From IMG/VR virus record IMGVR_UViG_3300012954_000006: a DNA stretch of 64,000 nt; one strand, 5' to 3'. Shown one piece after another: positions 20,180 through 30,712 of this stretch (position 1 is the stretch's first letter; each line of letters starts with the position of its first letter). The notes beneath the pieces were generated by a model. The model was not told the origin of the DNA and ran no database searches. It saw only the letters and a program-made list of their open reading frames with translations. A program made the position numbers and the translations under genes. The stretch comes from an uncultured virus (IMG/VR IMGVR_UViG_3300012954_000006) (Duplodnaviria > Heunggongvirae > Uroviricota > Caudoviricetes).

Positions 20180-20764
20180 TTATACTGTATAAAACTTATT
20201 AGTATAAGCAAAGGTAAAGGTCAAAAAATAGCCTTTTTCTGTGTTGGTGCGTTTATAGTTGTTGCCTACCAACACTACATCTCTAAACTTATTCACTATA
20301 ACATCACTATCTACCTTACTGATATAACGCACTCTTTTATGCCTTGACACTAAAAAGGCTTTGACATAAAACTCAAACTCTTTAGTTAATAGCTTAGTAG
20401 ATACAGTAAAGGTTTCCCGTAAACTGCTATTCATAATTTTAGGCGTACCATCTGGAAAAGCACAACTGCATTGCTCATATCCTACTTGGCTAATGCTAGT
20501 GCCAAATTCCGTAGCACACAGCGTTTCAAAAGGCATATATACACCATAGGTGTTTTTAAACTGAAACTCACAAGTACATTGGTTGGTGTCATCTATGTAT
20601 ATCCTAAACACTTCGGAACTTCTAACAGGCAATTCACAGCCTTCATTTTTAATCGTGTTGTCATGGTCTAAATAAACGCTCTCGCAAAAGGTAAGAGCAT
20701 TTGCAGGATTGTTGTCTTGCTGTTCTGATATGGTAAAGGTACAAGTGCTTTGAATATTTGGCAT
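20180..20764 (-). CDS. Cys-rich hypothetical protein coupled to vWA gene, possibly structural
   Basis: 194 aa, start 1 nt after vWA gene stop. Confidence 0.65.
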   Translation of the reverse strand: MPNIQSTCTFTISEQQDNNPANALTFCESVYLDHDNTIKNEGCELPVRSSEVFRIYIDDTNQCTCEFQFKNTYGVYMPFETLCATEFGTSISQVGYEQCSCAFPDGTPKIMNSSLRETFTVSTKLLTKEFEFYVKAFLVSRHKRVRYISKVDSDVIVNKFRDVVLVGNNYKRTNTEKGYFLTFTFAYTNKFYTV

Positions 20765-20765
20765 A

Positions 20766-23120
20766 CTATCCGCAAAGGTTGTTTATTAAGTTAAGTAATG
20801 TATTCTCAAGCTCACTAGCATTCTCTATTGCAAAGTAATTATTGGAACTTGCTATATTAGCACCGTTATTGGTAATTGCTGTCAAGAAACTACTGTTTGG
20901 GTAGTTTAATCCAATCGTATATATGTTGATTACTCCCGTTGTTCCAACATTTCCTCTAATTACAGTATCAACATAATTTATAATTTCTTGCTCATAAGTA
21001 AGCGGTGGCGTTAATGGGTCGTTGGGCGAAACATTAGGAGCACCGTCTGTAAATAAAATAATTACTTTACCATTATTGCTTCCAAGCAACAATTCATTGT
21101 AGGCAATTTGTATAGCACTTAGTATATTAGTTGCACCAGAAGCATTTAAACTGTTGATACTAGACACTAAGGTAGCATTACTGCTGCCTAATGCCGCTTC
21201 TAGATTAGCATTCTCATTAAAAGTAACTAGGGCAGCAGAGTTAGCGCTTGTATCAATATCTAGTGCATTTACGAAACTAATACTTGAACTTTTAATACTA
21301 TCCATACAAACGCCTCCAGAGTAGTCTGATTGAGCATAATACTTAATGACAATAGGAAGTGCATTGTTTAATGTATTAAATACAGGAAAGGCTGTCACTG
21401 TCCAAGAGGATGTAGTACTTAAATTAACTGCGATATTCTCTTCACTAGTAACATTATTAATTTGCATTAAATAAGTTGAATCCGTAGATAAATCTCCTAC
21501 ATCAACTACATTTGTTGAGAAATCCCAACCACTGGATAATGTCTTGATAAAATCAGGAGGGTTGAGTATGGTAACAGTTGATATATCTATGCAAGTAGGT
21601 GTGGAAAGGCTACCTGACCTATCTAATACCAATACTGCATCAACAGTATCACACAATTCAAATGAATCATTAGCATTACAAACTTCGTCATCTGTAACAA
21701 ATAGAGTATATTCTCCAATAGGCTGCCCAGCAAGATTAAGTGTAAAAACATCTTGAGTTGTTGTTCCACTTAACACCGTAACATTGTTAGCATCATTAAC
21801 TATATAAGTGTATATAGGCGAGCCATTAGTAATAATAACATCTAAGTCAGTATTTACCGTATTTGATATTTCAGCAGTTACAGACATAATACATAACTTT
21901 TCCACTACTACAAGAATATTGCACCCAAACACATCCGTAACTCCCAAATAGTAATTTCCAACAGGGTAACTACTAATATCGACAACAAATACATCAAGGT
22001 TTGATATTCCATTATCTAACAGTAAATTTGAGGCATCGTAAAGTTCCCATGTAAATGGGGTAGCATTATTAGGCACTGAAGAGTTTTGGCTCATAGTAAC
22101 ACTCAATAAATCACCATCATTTAATATTTGATAAAACAAGCTTATTCGACAAATATCAAAATTATACTGTGCTACACATCCTTGACTATCTGTAACACAT
22201 AGAATGTAATTGCCAACAGGTATTGCAGCTATATCAATAATTCCTGTATTTAAAGATGTTGTATTGCTAAAAACTATCGCTTGATTATTAATATCTTTTA
22301 TTTCTACAAGATAATCAGCTACTCCATTGGTAATATTTACAAGTAACTCAATATTGTTACGCCCATGCACTACTGCATTAACAATCATTGTGCAAGACGG
22401 TATTTCAAAGTTATAAGTTGATTCGCATCCATCCGCATCCATAACAGTAAGTGTATAGCTGTCATTAGCTAAGGTAGAAATATCAATAGTATAATTAGCA
22501 GTCGTAAAAACATCTGATAGCACCACAGTAGTATTATTGCTTATTGTGTAGTTGTATTGCGGATTACCTCCTGTAAGTGTGATGTTTAAATCTGTGCCTA
22601 CAATTTCGCTAGTCATTGACAACAAACAAGGCGGTGCTGTTACAACTCCCTCTATAATAAAAGGACAGTTAAATTTATCTTTAACACTTAATGTGAAAGC
22701 ACCTTCTGGTACATTACTGATAATATAGGGGAAAGTAGTGATAACGCTTGTTGTAGGCGTACCAGCATTTGGCTCAAACAAAATAGTATATGGTGGCTGT
22801 ATCGCACCGCTAACGATGCCATCGCCACCAATAGCTGTTAATTGTATTTCGCCCAAACCACCAATGGCAGTAGGCTGAATAATGTTGTAATTAACGTAAT
22901 ACTGCTCGCAACATCCATCTAGTGCTTGAAATGGATGATATACAATAATATCGTTTGTTAAGGGGTCTGTCAAGCAAAGGATGTATTCCCCATCTGCAAG
23001 TGTGACAGATATAGGAGTTGTGGAAGCTGTACCAGATATGATAACGATGTCCGTCAGAGCATCTTTAATACTGTAATTAACAGGCAAGGTAACGCCATTG
23101 AGTTTTATTGTTGTCGCCAT
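20766..23120 (-). CDS. SprB-like repeat + vWA domain protein (putative virion adhesin/fibre)
   Basis: About 5 repeats of GG.P.Y.Y...G.Y.L.VTD..GC; MIDAS DRSGS, GATNILSAI, ILFTDGAPN, IYTIGL; likely start MATTIKLNG at 23120. Confidence 0.75.
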   Translation of the reverse strand: MATTIKLNGVTLPVNYSIKDALTDIVIISGTASTTPISVTLADGEYILCLTDPLTNDIIVYHPFQALDGCCEQYYVNYNIIQPTAIGGLGEIQLTAIGGDGIVSGAIQPPYTILFEPNAGTPTTSVITTFPYIISNVPEGAFTLSVKDKFNCPFIIEGVVTAPPCLLSMTSEIVGTDLNITLTGGNPQYNYTISNNTTVVLSDVFTTANYTIDISTLANDSYTLTVMDADGCESTYNFEIPSCTMIVNAVVHGRNNIELLVNITNGVADYLVEIKDINNQAIVFSNTTSLNTGIIDIAAIPVGNYILCVTDSQGCVAQYNFDICRISLFYQILNDGDLLSVTMSQNSSVPNNATPFTWELYDASNLLLDNGISNLDVFVVDISSYPVGNYYLGVTDVFGCNILVVVEKLCIMSVTAEISNTVNTDLDVIITNGSPIYTYIVNDANNVTVLSGTTTQDVFTLNLAGQPIGEYTLFVTDDEVCNANDSFELCDTVDAVLVLDRSGSLSTPTCIDISTVTILNPPDFIKTLSSGWDFSTNVVDVGDLSTDSTYLMQINNVTSEENIAVNLSTTSSWTVTAFPVFNTLNNALPIVIKYYAQSDYSGGVCMDSIKSSSISFVNALDIDTSANSAALVTFNENANLEAALGSSNATLVSSINSLNASGATNILSAIQIAYNELLLGSNNGKVIILFTDGAPNVSPNDPLTPPLTYEQEIINYVDTVIRGNVGTTGVINIYTIGLNYPNSSFLTAITNNGANIASSNNYFAIENASELENTLLNLINNLCG

Positions 23121-23253
23121 AAAAGATAATGATATAATTGAAGTGTCAAATTTAATACCCTTATCTAAGATATGCAAATACACCAAGAAAACACTCGTTT
23201 GTTTAGCTACTTTATGCAGTTACTGCTTTAATATTATCTAGTAATAACATTGA

Positions 23254-23628
23254 TTAAGATTTAAATTCTCTAACAATATGATAATGAATAGGAGATTTGT
23301 TAAAAGATACATAACTTTTGCCTATGTAAGTTTTCTTTTTCCTACCCCCAATATGTGGCATAATAAAATCTTTAAACAATTCCATCAATACCTTCGTAAG
23401 ACGTAGTTTAGAATGTATTGCAAAAGTATAATATATAAAATGGTCAATGACATAGCACTCTTTCAAAAACTTTTTCCATTCAGGATGTTTGAAAAACTCA
23501 TGCTCAAGAGGAGGTGTATAGTCTTTTTGCAAATGCTTGTTTTGGGCGATGTCCAATAAAAACAACTCCATTTTTTTATCCAATTGAGACCGCATTTTGA
23601 TGTTTAAACGTAGGTAGTGATAAGACAT
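23254..23628 (-). CDS. hypothetical protein
   Basis: 124-aa ORF. Confidence 0.6.
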   Translation of the reverse strand: MSYHYLRLNIKMRSQLDKKMELFLLDIAQNKHLQKDYTPPLEHEFFKHPEWKKFLKECYVIDHFIYYTFAIHSKLRLTKVLMELFKDFIMPHIGGRKKKTYIGKSYVSFNKSPIHYHIVREFKS

Positions 23629-23630
23629 GT

Positions 23631-24164
23631 TTAAGTAAGTATTTTTTTAGCAAGTTCTGAAAAAGGAATAGTAGGTGTATGATTTATTTTTGATATTTTT
23701 TTAACAGCAATACCATCTGTGATACTGCTTATCATAGGAAATCGCAAGCAACGGTCTAACTCAACATCGGTTAATATTCGACTATTAGGATTTCTAAAAT
23801 CAGTCAATGCAGTGTATTTGCCTCGAAAAGCAAATTTCAACTCTATATAGTAACTAGCTAACCAACAAACATAAGCTACTAATTCATTAATGTATTGGTC
23901 ATTAAATGCAGCCGTTATAATCATCTCGTAAACATCTGACAATGCTATCCTCGGTTCACGATTACACTTTGCTAACTGCTTGAGTGCAATTCGGTTAAAT
24001 GTGCCTTGTAGCATAGGGCAAGTATCAAGTTCTTGTTTTTCAAATATAGTTAAATCTCGTCTGTTGGGGTTGAGGTAACTGGAAGTATTGAGATGTTTTT
24101 CATGGTATTCATAAACAGCCTTTTGGCACGCTTTAGATATCCAGCAAACAATATCTTCTAACAC
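23631..24164 (-). CDS. hypothetical protein (5' end entangled with tandem repeat)
   Basis: 177 aa from GTG; the upstream ATG in the repeat is out of frame by one base. Confidence 0.6.
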   Translation of the reverse strand: MLEDIVCWISKACQKAVYEYHEKHLNTSSYLNPNRRDLTIFEKQELDTCPMLQGTFNRIALKQLAKCNREPRIALSDVYEMIITAAFNDQYINELVAYVCWLASYYIELKFAFRGKYTALTDFRNPNSRILTDVELDRCLRFPMISSITDGIAVKKISKINHTPTIPFSELAKKILT

Positions 24165-24173
24165 CTCTTTAAA

Positions 24174-24309
24174 TTGTTGTTATCCATTATTTTGTTGTTA
24201 TCCATTATTTTGTTGTTATCCATTATTTTGTTGTTATCCATTATTTTGTTGTTATCCATTATTTTGTTGTTATCCATTATTTTGTTGTTATCCATTATTT
24301 TGTTGTTAT
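24174..24309. repeat. perfect 18-bp tandem repeat x7.5
   Basis: (TTGTTGTTATCCATTATT)n read directly. Confidence 0.95.
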
Positions 24310-24313
24310 GTCA

Positions 24314-24664
24314 TTAATGATAAATCAAGCATTTCATTCCAAGCATCCTCAAAAGAATACTCGACCTTTGTATATTCAATATCTTCATATTCAAAATATT
24401 TATTAAGCTCTCGTCTAAAATACGAGCCTGATACAAATTGCCGCCGCAACTATGGTCTAAAGCGATGTTATTTTCTGTAATATATGCCGTTACACTACAT
24501 CCTGTTGATGAGTTTATATGCTTTTTAAAGCAAATGTCCCCATTTAAATGTGCATAACAATCTAATGTGCCTCTCTCAAATCCCTGCTCTATCATGTGGG
24601 TAAATTGCTCATCTGATATGTGAGCAATAAAAGGATTGTTATTGTGAAAACTTTTTAATGCCAT
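24314..24664 (-). CDS. hypothetical protein, C-terminus probably frameshifted
   Basis: Alternative frame from ~24420 gives YFRRELNKYFEYEDIEYTKVEYSFEDAWNEMLDLSLMT*. Confidence 0.5.
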   Translation of the reverse strand: MALKSFHNNNPFIAHISDEQFTHMIEQGFERGTLDCYAHLNGDICFKKHINSSTGCSVTAYITENNIALDHSCGGNLYQARILDESLINILNMKILNIQRSSILLRMLGMKCLIYH

Positions 24665-25031
24665 GTTTAAGATAATATTTATTAATTCAAGAATTGAGGT
24701 TTGGGCGTGCCATTTCGTAATATAAAAGGCGTAATTTCTGTGACGATAAAAAGCTCAAAGTTTTTATTCTCGCCTACTGACAAGCCTATATCTGTCGTTG
24801 GCAAGTTGTGGCGTGCCAGCCAATCTTTAAAATCAAGGATTGTATCATTGAGTTGTTCAATACTAACACTAACACACCAATGTGTCGGATAAGCTACTCT
24901 AGCATACTGTTGTTCAGTATCTATATCTTTGCCATTGTCATTGTCATAAGTAATATATACTTTCATTGGATTTCAATTTACTAGATTTGAGATATTATAT
25001 TTAATAGTGAATGGAGTAATGGACAAGATTA

Positions 25032-25667
25032 TCATTGAATTGGCACACAATCAAATATAGCATGTGCCATCTCATAGCCAATACCAGCGGTTATGTTATT
25101 TACTTGAAATATATGGTCGCCAACTGTCACATATACACACCTAAAGCCTGACACCTTTTCTCTTTCTAGTCGCTCCAGTAAATCTAACGACTCTATGTTA
25201 TCAAACATAGGCTCATTATTAAAACTAATATCCTGAATGTTGTGTTTATAGCAAAACATCTCATAAACTAAATTAAACGCCTGTTCATTATTTATGGTGT
25301 CGGTATTTTCAATGTGATTTTTTATGAAAATACGAAACCGTTTAATTAAATTTAATAAATAAAGGGCACTCAACACTCGTGAAAACTCAACTTCCTCATT
25401 ACCTGTTAAATATTGCAGGTATATCTGAAAGTGCCTTTTAAATTCAGACACTTGGACATAAAACGCTATGTTTGTAGTTTCGTTTGAAATGACATCTATG
25501 ATGTCTTTATTTTGTGTAACAGATGTAAAACCATGTACTTCAATATAAGCGTTCTGCTCATTACTGAAAAGGTCTTTTGTATGGATTTTTACAGACATAA
25601 TCTTATTGTCAGGAATATAACAATCATTTTTATGTCTTTGAATGAATAACGGCAAGTCCTGTCTCAT
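25032..25667 (-). CDS. hypothetical protein
   Basis: 211-aa ORF. Confidence 0.65.
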   Translation of the reverse strand: MRQDLPLFIQRHKNDCYIPDNKIMSVKIHTKDLFSNEQNAYIEVHGFTSVTQNKDIIDVISNETTNIAFYVQVSEFKRHFQIYLQYLTGNEEVEFSRVLSALYLLNLIKRFRIFIKNHIENTDTINNEQAFNLVYEMFCYKHNIQDISFNNEPMFDNIESLDLLERLEREKVSGFRCVYVTVGDHIFQVNNITAGIGYEMAHAIFDCVPIQ

Positions 25668-25794
25668 TGTTGTTTTTTTGTAAAGTCTTTTTATATGGAA
25701 AGAAAAATTAGTATCATCTTCTGTAGGTTGTTAGCAGTAACGGCAAGCAAATACTTACAATACATTCTCCACACTCATTTGCTGTTCTACCAAA

Positions 25795-26526
25795 CTACAA
25801 ATCTGTTTTTTTGAGTGACTCAACATATTGTTTGTTAGCCAAACTGTCCAATACTAGAGCATCGCTAATCTCCTTTAATGACAGCGAAAACTCCCTATAA
25901 ATATTAATATTATTATCTAGCAACTGATAATAAACAGCGTTATCTTTATTTGCTTGCATGAATTCTTCAAAGCCAGTAACAGCATCGCTATACTGTTTTT
26001 GTAATGCTTTGACTTTATCCAAAGTACTCATTTGTTGTTCTATTAAAGTAGCATTCAATATTGCAATCGCCTTTTCTGCTTGCACTTTTGTCAATCCTAC
26101 TTCGCTATCCACTCTAATAAAGTTATTTCTTTGCCAGTACAGCATATCACTATCATCATCAAGAATAATGTATTTTTTAAACGATTGTATCTTGCATCCT
26201 AACAATGATTTATTGTCAGATAGCCATTGATGTATTTCACAGCCACGAGGCACATTATCATTACTATTGCTAAAGTTTAATTGCTTCGTAACGCCTATAA
26301 AATCAGCGTAGATGCCATTTTCATTAAACATACTTACAATATCATCAAGGCTATTATTTAATCGCCATGTAGAGGAAATAACAATCTTTGCCTTTGTTTG
26401 CTTTATGATATGCTGCAAGGCTGAAACAGCAGACTTGGTAAGTATTTTATGCTTTTTACCTTTTTGCTCTCTCAACCATTTTTGCGACAACAACACACCA
26501 TCAATATCAAGAAATATAATTTTCAT
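25795..26526 (-). CDS. HAD-family phosphatase (Swiss-Army-knife RNA-repair HAD_SAK_2-like) with coiled-coil tail
   Basis: MKIIFLDIDGVL, IVISSTWR, RGCEIHQWL, YIILDDDSDML, GLT. Confidence 0.85.
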   Translation of the reverse strand: MKIIFLDIDGVLLSQKWLREQKGKKHKILTKSAVSALQHIIKQTKAKIVISSTWRLNNSLDDIVSMFNENGIYADFIGVTKQLNFSNSNDNVPRGCEIHQWLSDNKSLLGCKIQSFKKYIILDDDSDMLYWQRNNFIRVDSEVGLTKVQAEKAIAILNATLIEQQMSTLDKVKALQKQYSDAVTGFEEFMQANKDNAVYYQLLDNNINIYREFSLSLKEISDALVLDSLANKQYVESLKKTDL

Positions 26527-26534
26527 ATTTGTAT

Positions 26535-26918
26535 TTATTTATCAAAAAAAACTAATTGTTTGTTAAATGTGTTGTCGTGATTGATTTTTAGTTTTTCATC
26601 AAAAGTATAGAACTTTTGTTCTCTTTTAATAAATTCTACATGATAATGTGTTTCCTCCAACAACTCTTCCCAAAACATCAAAAAGTCTTTCTCTGTCTTA
26701 AATGTTTTATTGTCAAAGCCATCTTGAAGACGGTCTCTTACTGACCATGCAATATTACGGCAATCTTTTTTAAGTTCCCCTGTATAAGACATTTCAATAT
26801 CAACGACCCAAAACTCAAAAGTGCTATTTATTGCACCGAGATGTAGCATCTCACTTTGTGTGTAGTTGATAGTAGCAGTTATTTTCCCGTTATCAAACGA
26901 CTGTATAATTTGTTTCAT
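26535..26918 (-). CDS. hypothetical protein
   Basis: 127-aa ORF. Confidence 0.6.
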   Translation of the reverse strand: MKQIIQSFDNGKITATINYTQSEMLHLGAINSTFEFWVVDIEMSYTGELKKDCRNIAWSVRDRLQDGFDNKTFKTEKDFLMFWEELLEETHYHVEFIKREQKFYTFDEKLKINHDNTFNKQLVFFDK

Positions 26919-26926
26919 ACTTATTT

Positions 26927-28171
26927 TTATTTAAAGATTACGTCATATATTTTTCCATCCATATCGTAATATTGAATATGGTGCTTGTGATAATGGTCTA
27001 ACTCATTGTATCGAGATAGTGACTTATCATAAGCATACAGCAACTCATATTTCTCTTGTAAGTGTAATGGTAGCTTATCATAGGTACTTTGGTTGCGTAA
27101 AATTTGGTCTATCAACTCTGCCTCCTCCCTACTATCAACAACCCATTTTGGTTTATATACTTGCCCATGATTAAGGTCGCCATAAGTAACTGCTATTTCA
27201 TACTTACCTAAAGGTAATTGACTATCCAATACTCTATATTCAATATCAAAATCAAGTTCCTGTAAAACACTCTCAATGTCAAGCAGGTTTGATTTGTTTG
27301 GGGATTCATTTAGATAGTGTATCAAGAAAGCTTTAAGATTGTCAAAAGTAAACGAAACGCCTTTGCTCAATAGGTATTGGTAGATAGATTGAAATAAACA
27401 TCTTGTTTCTGCTATGTGACGAACATCATACTCGCAATTCTCTTCCTCATTATTGATTGATTCAATTCTATCTAAAATCTTAGCATAGTCTTTTAATAAT
27501 TTCTTTTCTGATATTTGAGGTAAAATTTCCTCAAGACTGTATTCTGCTAACTCTACAATATTATCAAAAGCACTCACAGTTACTGACGTTAATCTTTGCA
27601 GGTACAAAACTAAACTTGCCATATCGCTCACAAATAAGGTACTATCAATTACACTATAAGCCATATCATTCAATACCACCTTTTTAAGTGATGCAAGTTT
27701 TTTTGATTGAACACCAGAAATAGTAAAAGTAGGTATCTTTAGCTCTAGTTTATCTACACGAGCCCTTTTTAATAGCTCATAACTTAACCGACCATTAACT
27801 GAAATCACACTACTACTTTCATCTAGTGCATCAAAAGTAACTTCTGGAGGATTCGCAGAAAAATAAGCAAAACAAGACACATCATCAATTAAGATTTTTC
27901 GCAGACGCATATAATCCATTTGCAGACAATGCTCAAACTCCTCGTTCTTTTCAAGCATAATAAATACAGTATTGTCATCTACTTTATCCAACTGTGCTTT
28001 CATAGCATCCTGACTGCCATTAAAGCCAACGACATCAAAGTAATTCAAATGCTCCATGTCTTCAATAAGTTTATGGTAGTCGGATGTACTTATTTCAAAG
28101 CCATAGTTTTTTGTTCGTTTTATCTGAATATCAATATTATTGATACTAACAGTTTCTGTAAAATTAGTCAT
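26927..28171 (-). CDS. hypothetical protein
   Basis: 414-aa ORF. Confidence 0.7.
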   Translation of the reverse strand: MTNFTETVSINNIDIQIKRTKNYGFEISTSDYHKLIEDMEHLNYFDVVGFNGSQDAMKAQLDKVDDNTVFIMLEKNEEFEHCLQMDYMRLRKILIDDVSCFAYFSANPPEVTFDALDESSSVISVNGRLSYELLKRARVDKLELKIPTFTISGVQSKKLASLKKVVLNDMAYSVIDSTLFVSDMASLVLYLQRLTSVTVSAFDNIVELAEYSLEEILPQISEKKLLKDYAKILDRIESINNEEENCEYDVRHIAETRCLFQSIYQYLLSKGVSFTFDNLKAFLIHYLNESPNKSNLLDIESVLQELDFDIEYRVLDSQLPLGKYEIAVTYGDLNHGQVYKPKWVVDSREEAELIDQILRNQSTYDKLPLHLQEKYELLYAYDKSLSRYNELDHYHKHHIQYYDMDGKIYDVIFK

Positions 28172-28658
28172 TAATTATTTTTTTAGTAATGTAAATTTCA
28201 ACATCATTAATGTTAAAGTGATATTTTTGTGTGCCATAAAAACAGCTTATCGTTAAGTCTTTATTCATATACAAATAGCATAGTTTCTTTTGAAAAGCTT
28301 TGTGTGTACGGTCTTTTGGCATAAGAATAACTCTATTCCCTTTAGCCATATTCAACTCTATTTGTTCTCTTATGAGTAGTGCATGAGCCACATCTTTTGT
28401 CAAAACTTCCAATGTCTTGTGCTTAAAATGTAATAAGACATTCTTGCTACTATCTATATCTTGAAAATGCCAACTAAAACCTTTATAGTATATATCTGGT
28501 TGTTGGCACAACTGGCTAATTACTTTGCCATACGCTTTATGGATATGTAAAGCGTTAAAAAGGTTTTTATAGCGTTTGGTGCGTGTATCTATCAATTGTT
28601 GCGTTGTCTTCATCTGGGTTATAATGTTTTTATTTCCAATAATATTTGCCTTCTTCAT
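28164..28658 (-). CDS. hypothetical protein
   Basis: 164-aa ORF. Confidence 0.6.
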   Translation of the reverse strand: MKKANIIGNKNIITQMKTTQQLIDTRTKRYKNLFNALHIHKAYGKVISQLCQQPDIYYKGFSWHFQDIDSSKNVLLHFKHKTLEVLTKDVAHALLIREQIELNMAKGNRVILMPKDRTHKAFQKKLCYLYMNKDLTISCFYGTQKYHFNINDVEIYITKKIIND

Positions 28659-29006
28659 TTTGCTTTAAAAAAACATTGGCAAATGTACCTGCTACATATG
28701 TCTTTCCAATACATTTAACACTCAAAATAAAAGTGATGTCATAATAAAATATTTCACCTTCAAATAAATCAGCACATTGTCCGAGATAAAAAACGGCTTC
28801 ATTGTTATTAAGAAATCCTTTAAAAATAATTTCTCTATCAAACCAACCGTGTAGATTTGTTTTGCTATTTACAGGAATGCTCATTGAGTGCAATATCAAT
28901 GGACGTTTATCAAGCATTTTTTCAAAACTATCTTTATCTTCAGTTGCTAAATAAGTACCTTGTGTACTACTAATTCTTTTTTCAAAATACATAAACGTTA
29001 TCTATC

Positions 29007-29177
29007 TTAAATATTAAAATGATTAGGTTTCCTAAACTCCCAACACATGGAGCGAAAGAATGCCAACGCTCCCATAGCTGCAAGTAAACAAAATGCGTAG
29101 GCAAAATATTTTAAATAGCCTTTGTACTTACGAGGTTGAGAGGATGGTCGAATAATGACTTGATGCACTTTCTTCAT
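29007..29177 (-). CDS. small membrane protein (56 aa, not in ORF track)
   Basis: MKKVHQVIIRPSSQPRKYKGYLKYFAYAFCLLAAMGALAFFRSMCW...; fills the intergenic gap exactly. Confidence 0.5.
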   Translation of the reverse strand: MKKVHQVIIRPSSQPRKYKGYLKYFAYAFCLLAAMGALAFFRSMCWEFRKPNHFNI

Positions 29178-29179
29178 TT

Positions 29180-29593
29180 TTAAATATTAAAGCGATTAAA
29201 CATTTCTTTTGTCAATACTAGATTATACTTACACCTATCAGGTTTCTTAAAGCCTACTAAATAACGAGAATTACTAAAATCTATGTCATAATCTGACACA
29301 ATCAAAAAAGATGTATTGGTAACAGCCTTTCTTGATATAAATATACTATTTCTTGAGATATACCTTTCTAAAGTCTCATTAGATTGCTTATCGAAAAGCA
29401 TTATAGCATAATCATCTAATAATTGATTGTATGTGATATTTTGCACCTCATAGATGTTAGTGTCGGTCACAACAATATCATACTCCATTTCACTCCCACA
29501 AAGCAATAATATTACTCCCCACAAAATAGTCCATAGACTTTTCTCCCAAACACCACCTATTATAAACAGCATTCCTAATACTCCTGCAATCAT
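29180..29593 (-). CDS. membrane-anchored hypothetical protein
   Basis: Two N-terminal hydrophobic segments. Confidence 0.6.
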   Translation of the reverse strand: MIAGVLGMLFIIGGVWEKSLWTILWGVILLLCGSEMEYDIVVTDTNIYEVQNITYNQLLDDYAIMLFDKQSNETLERYISRNSIFISRKAVTNTSFLIVSDYDIDFSNSRYLVGFKKPDRCKYNLVLTKEMFNRFNI

Positions 29594-29605
29594 ACTTATT
29601 ATTTT

Positions 29606-30127
29606 TTAAAAGATGTTATCAATATTTTTATCGCTGTTCATAAAGTCAATGATATATTGCGACCACTCCTCTGTTGAAAGCGACTTTCCAAATGGTACAT
29701 CATCACCATAATTACCTATGTCTTCACTCAAAGCAATCAGACTGGAAAACTCATCTAGCTCTTTTTCGTAGGTTTGGCGATAGCTGTCAATTTGCTGCAC
29801 ATCATACAACACCTTGCCATTCCATTCACTTACACCTAAACTATGCAGCATTAAAATGTCTTCATTACTCAATGATTCACCTTGTTCCAAGAAAGTCCAA
29901 TCGGGAGCAATAATATGTACCAACTCTTGAATATCAAATTCAAACTTGTTTTGTCTGTAATCATATATCTCATCATACTCATAGTAACTCCGCAAAAACT
30001 CAAAAACAGTGTGCCAACAATACTCTCCTAAGTACAATTTTAGCAATACCGTTTCGCCATGCCTTAGTCTTTTCGTGATACAAAACTTAGGCTGTGTCTT
30101 GTTTTTTAAGTCGATAAACTTTAACAT
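29606..30127 (-). CDS. hypothetical protein
   Basis: 173-aa ORF. Confidence 0.65.
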   Translation of the reverse strand: MLKFIDLKNKTQPKFCITKRLRHGETVLLKLYLGEYCWHTVFEFLRSYYEYDEIYDYRQNKFEFDIQELVHIIAPDWTFLEQGESLSNEDILMLHSLGVSEWNGKVLYDVQQIDSYRQTYEKELDEFSSLIALSEDIGNYGDDVPFGKSLSTEEWSQYIIDFMNSDKNIDNIF

Positions 30128-30657
30128 GGCATAGCAAATTGTGCATTAACCAATTGCATACTCACATTTAGCAAAGCCGTTTGTAGTGATAGATAATGTT
30201 TGTCTGATTGGTATGTCACTCCTGCTTTCAATGTAACCATATAGCCACACTCATCTTTCTTGATACCAAATTTAACCTGATGAGCCGATATGGGCATTGC
30301 CTTGATTTTGTTAAATATGATACGCATGGTCATTGCCATAGTGCTATCTATTTTTCCTAACAATAATAACATCTTAACTTGCAATATAGCAAAATCAATA
30401 GATTCAATATCATCTCTACGAAACTCTCCCCAAACCTTTTGTAAGACACTTTCTTTCATGTCTATTAGACAAGATAGCAAGTCAGCTAATTGTTCGTCTG
30501 TTAAGGCATCTATGGCAAAGCACATAGTTTTCTTTTTACCCTGCTCATAGAGTGCAAGTGGTAGTAATACTTTATTTTGATGAAAGTAAGGAAATCCAGC
30601 ACCGAGTCCTTTATTAAAAAGCTGCTGTACTTTTCTTTGATTAGTAATTAATTCCAT
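30121..30657 (-). CDS. hypothetical protein (start revised to ATG 30657)
   Basis: ORF-track N-terminal extension is the promoter motif read as codons. Confidence 0.65.
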   Translation of the reverse strand: MELITNQRKVQQLFNKGLGAGFPYFHQNKVLLPLALYEQGKKKTMCFAIDALTDEQLADLLSCLIDMKESVLQKVWGEFRRDDIESIDFAILQVKMLLLLGKIDSTMAMTMRIIFNKIKAMPISAHQVKFGIKKDECGYMVTLKAGVTYQSDKHYLSLQTALLNVSMQLVNAQFAMPC

Positions 30658-30680
30658 AGTATTGTTATTTATATGATACA

Positions 30681-30712
30681 CAAAGATAGTATTTTTTTTG
30701 ATTTTTTCATAT
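30681..30712 (-). promoter_or_regulatory. Bacteroidota-type promoter with phage upstream motif
   Basis: TATGAAAAAATCAAAAAAAATAC-TATCTTTG, preceded by hairpin AGTGCTAA..TTAGCACT and T-tract. Confidence 0.8.

Noticed and set aside
24174..24309. CRISPR array
   Set aside because: Units are contiguous with no unique spacers and no cas genes are present
29030..29160. Possible tRNA or ncRNA in GC-richer gap
   Set aside because: No cloverleaf or T-loop; explained by a 56-aa membrane ORF
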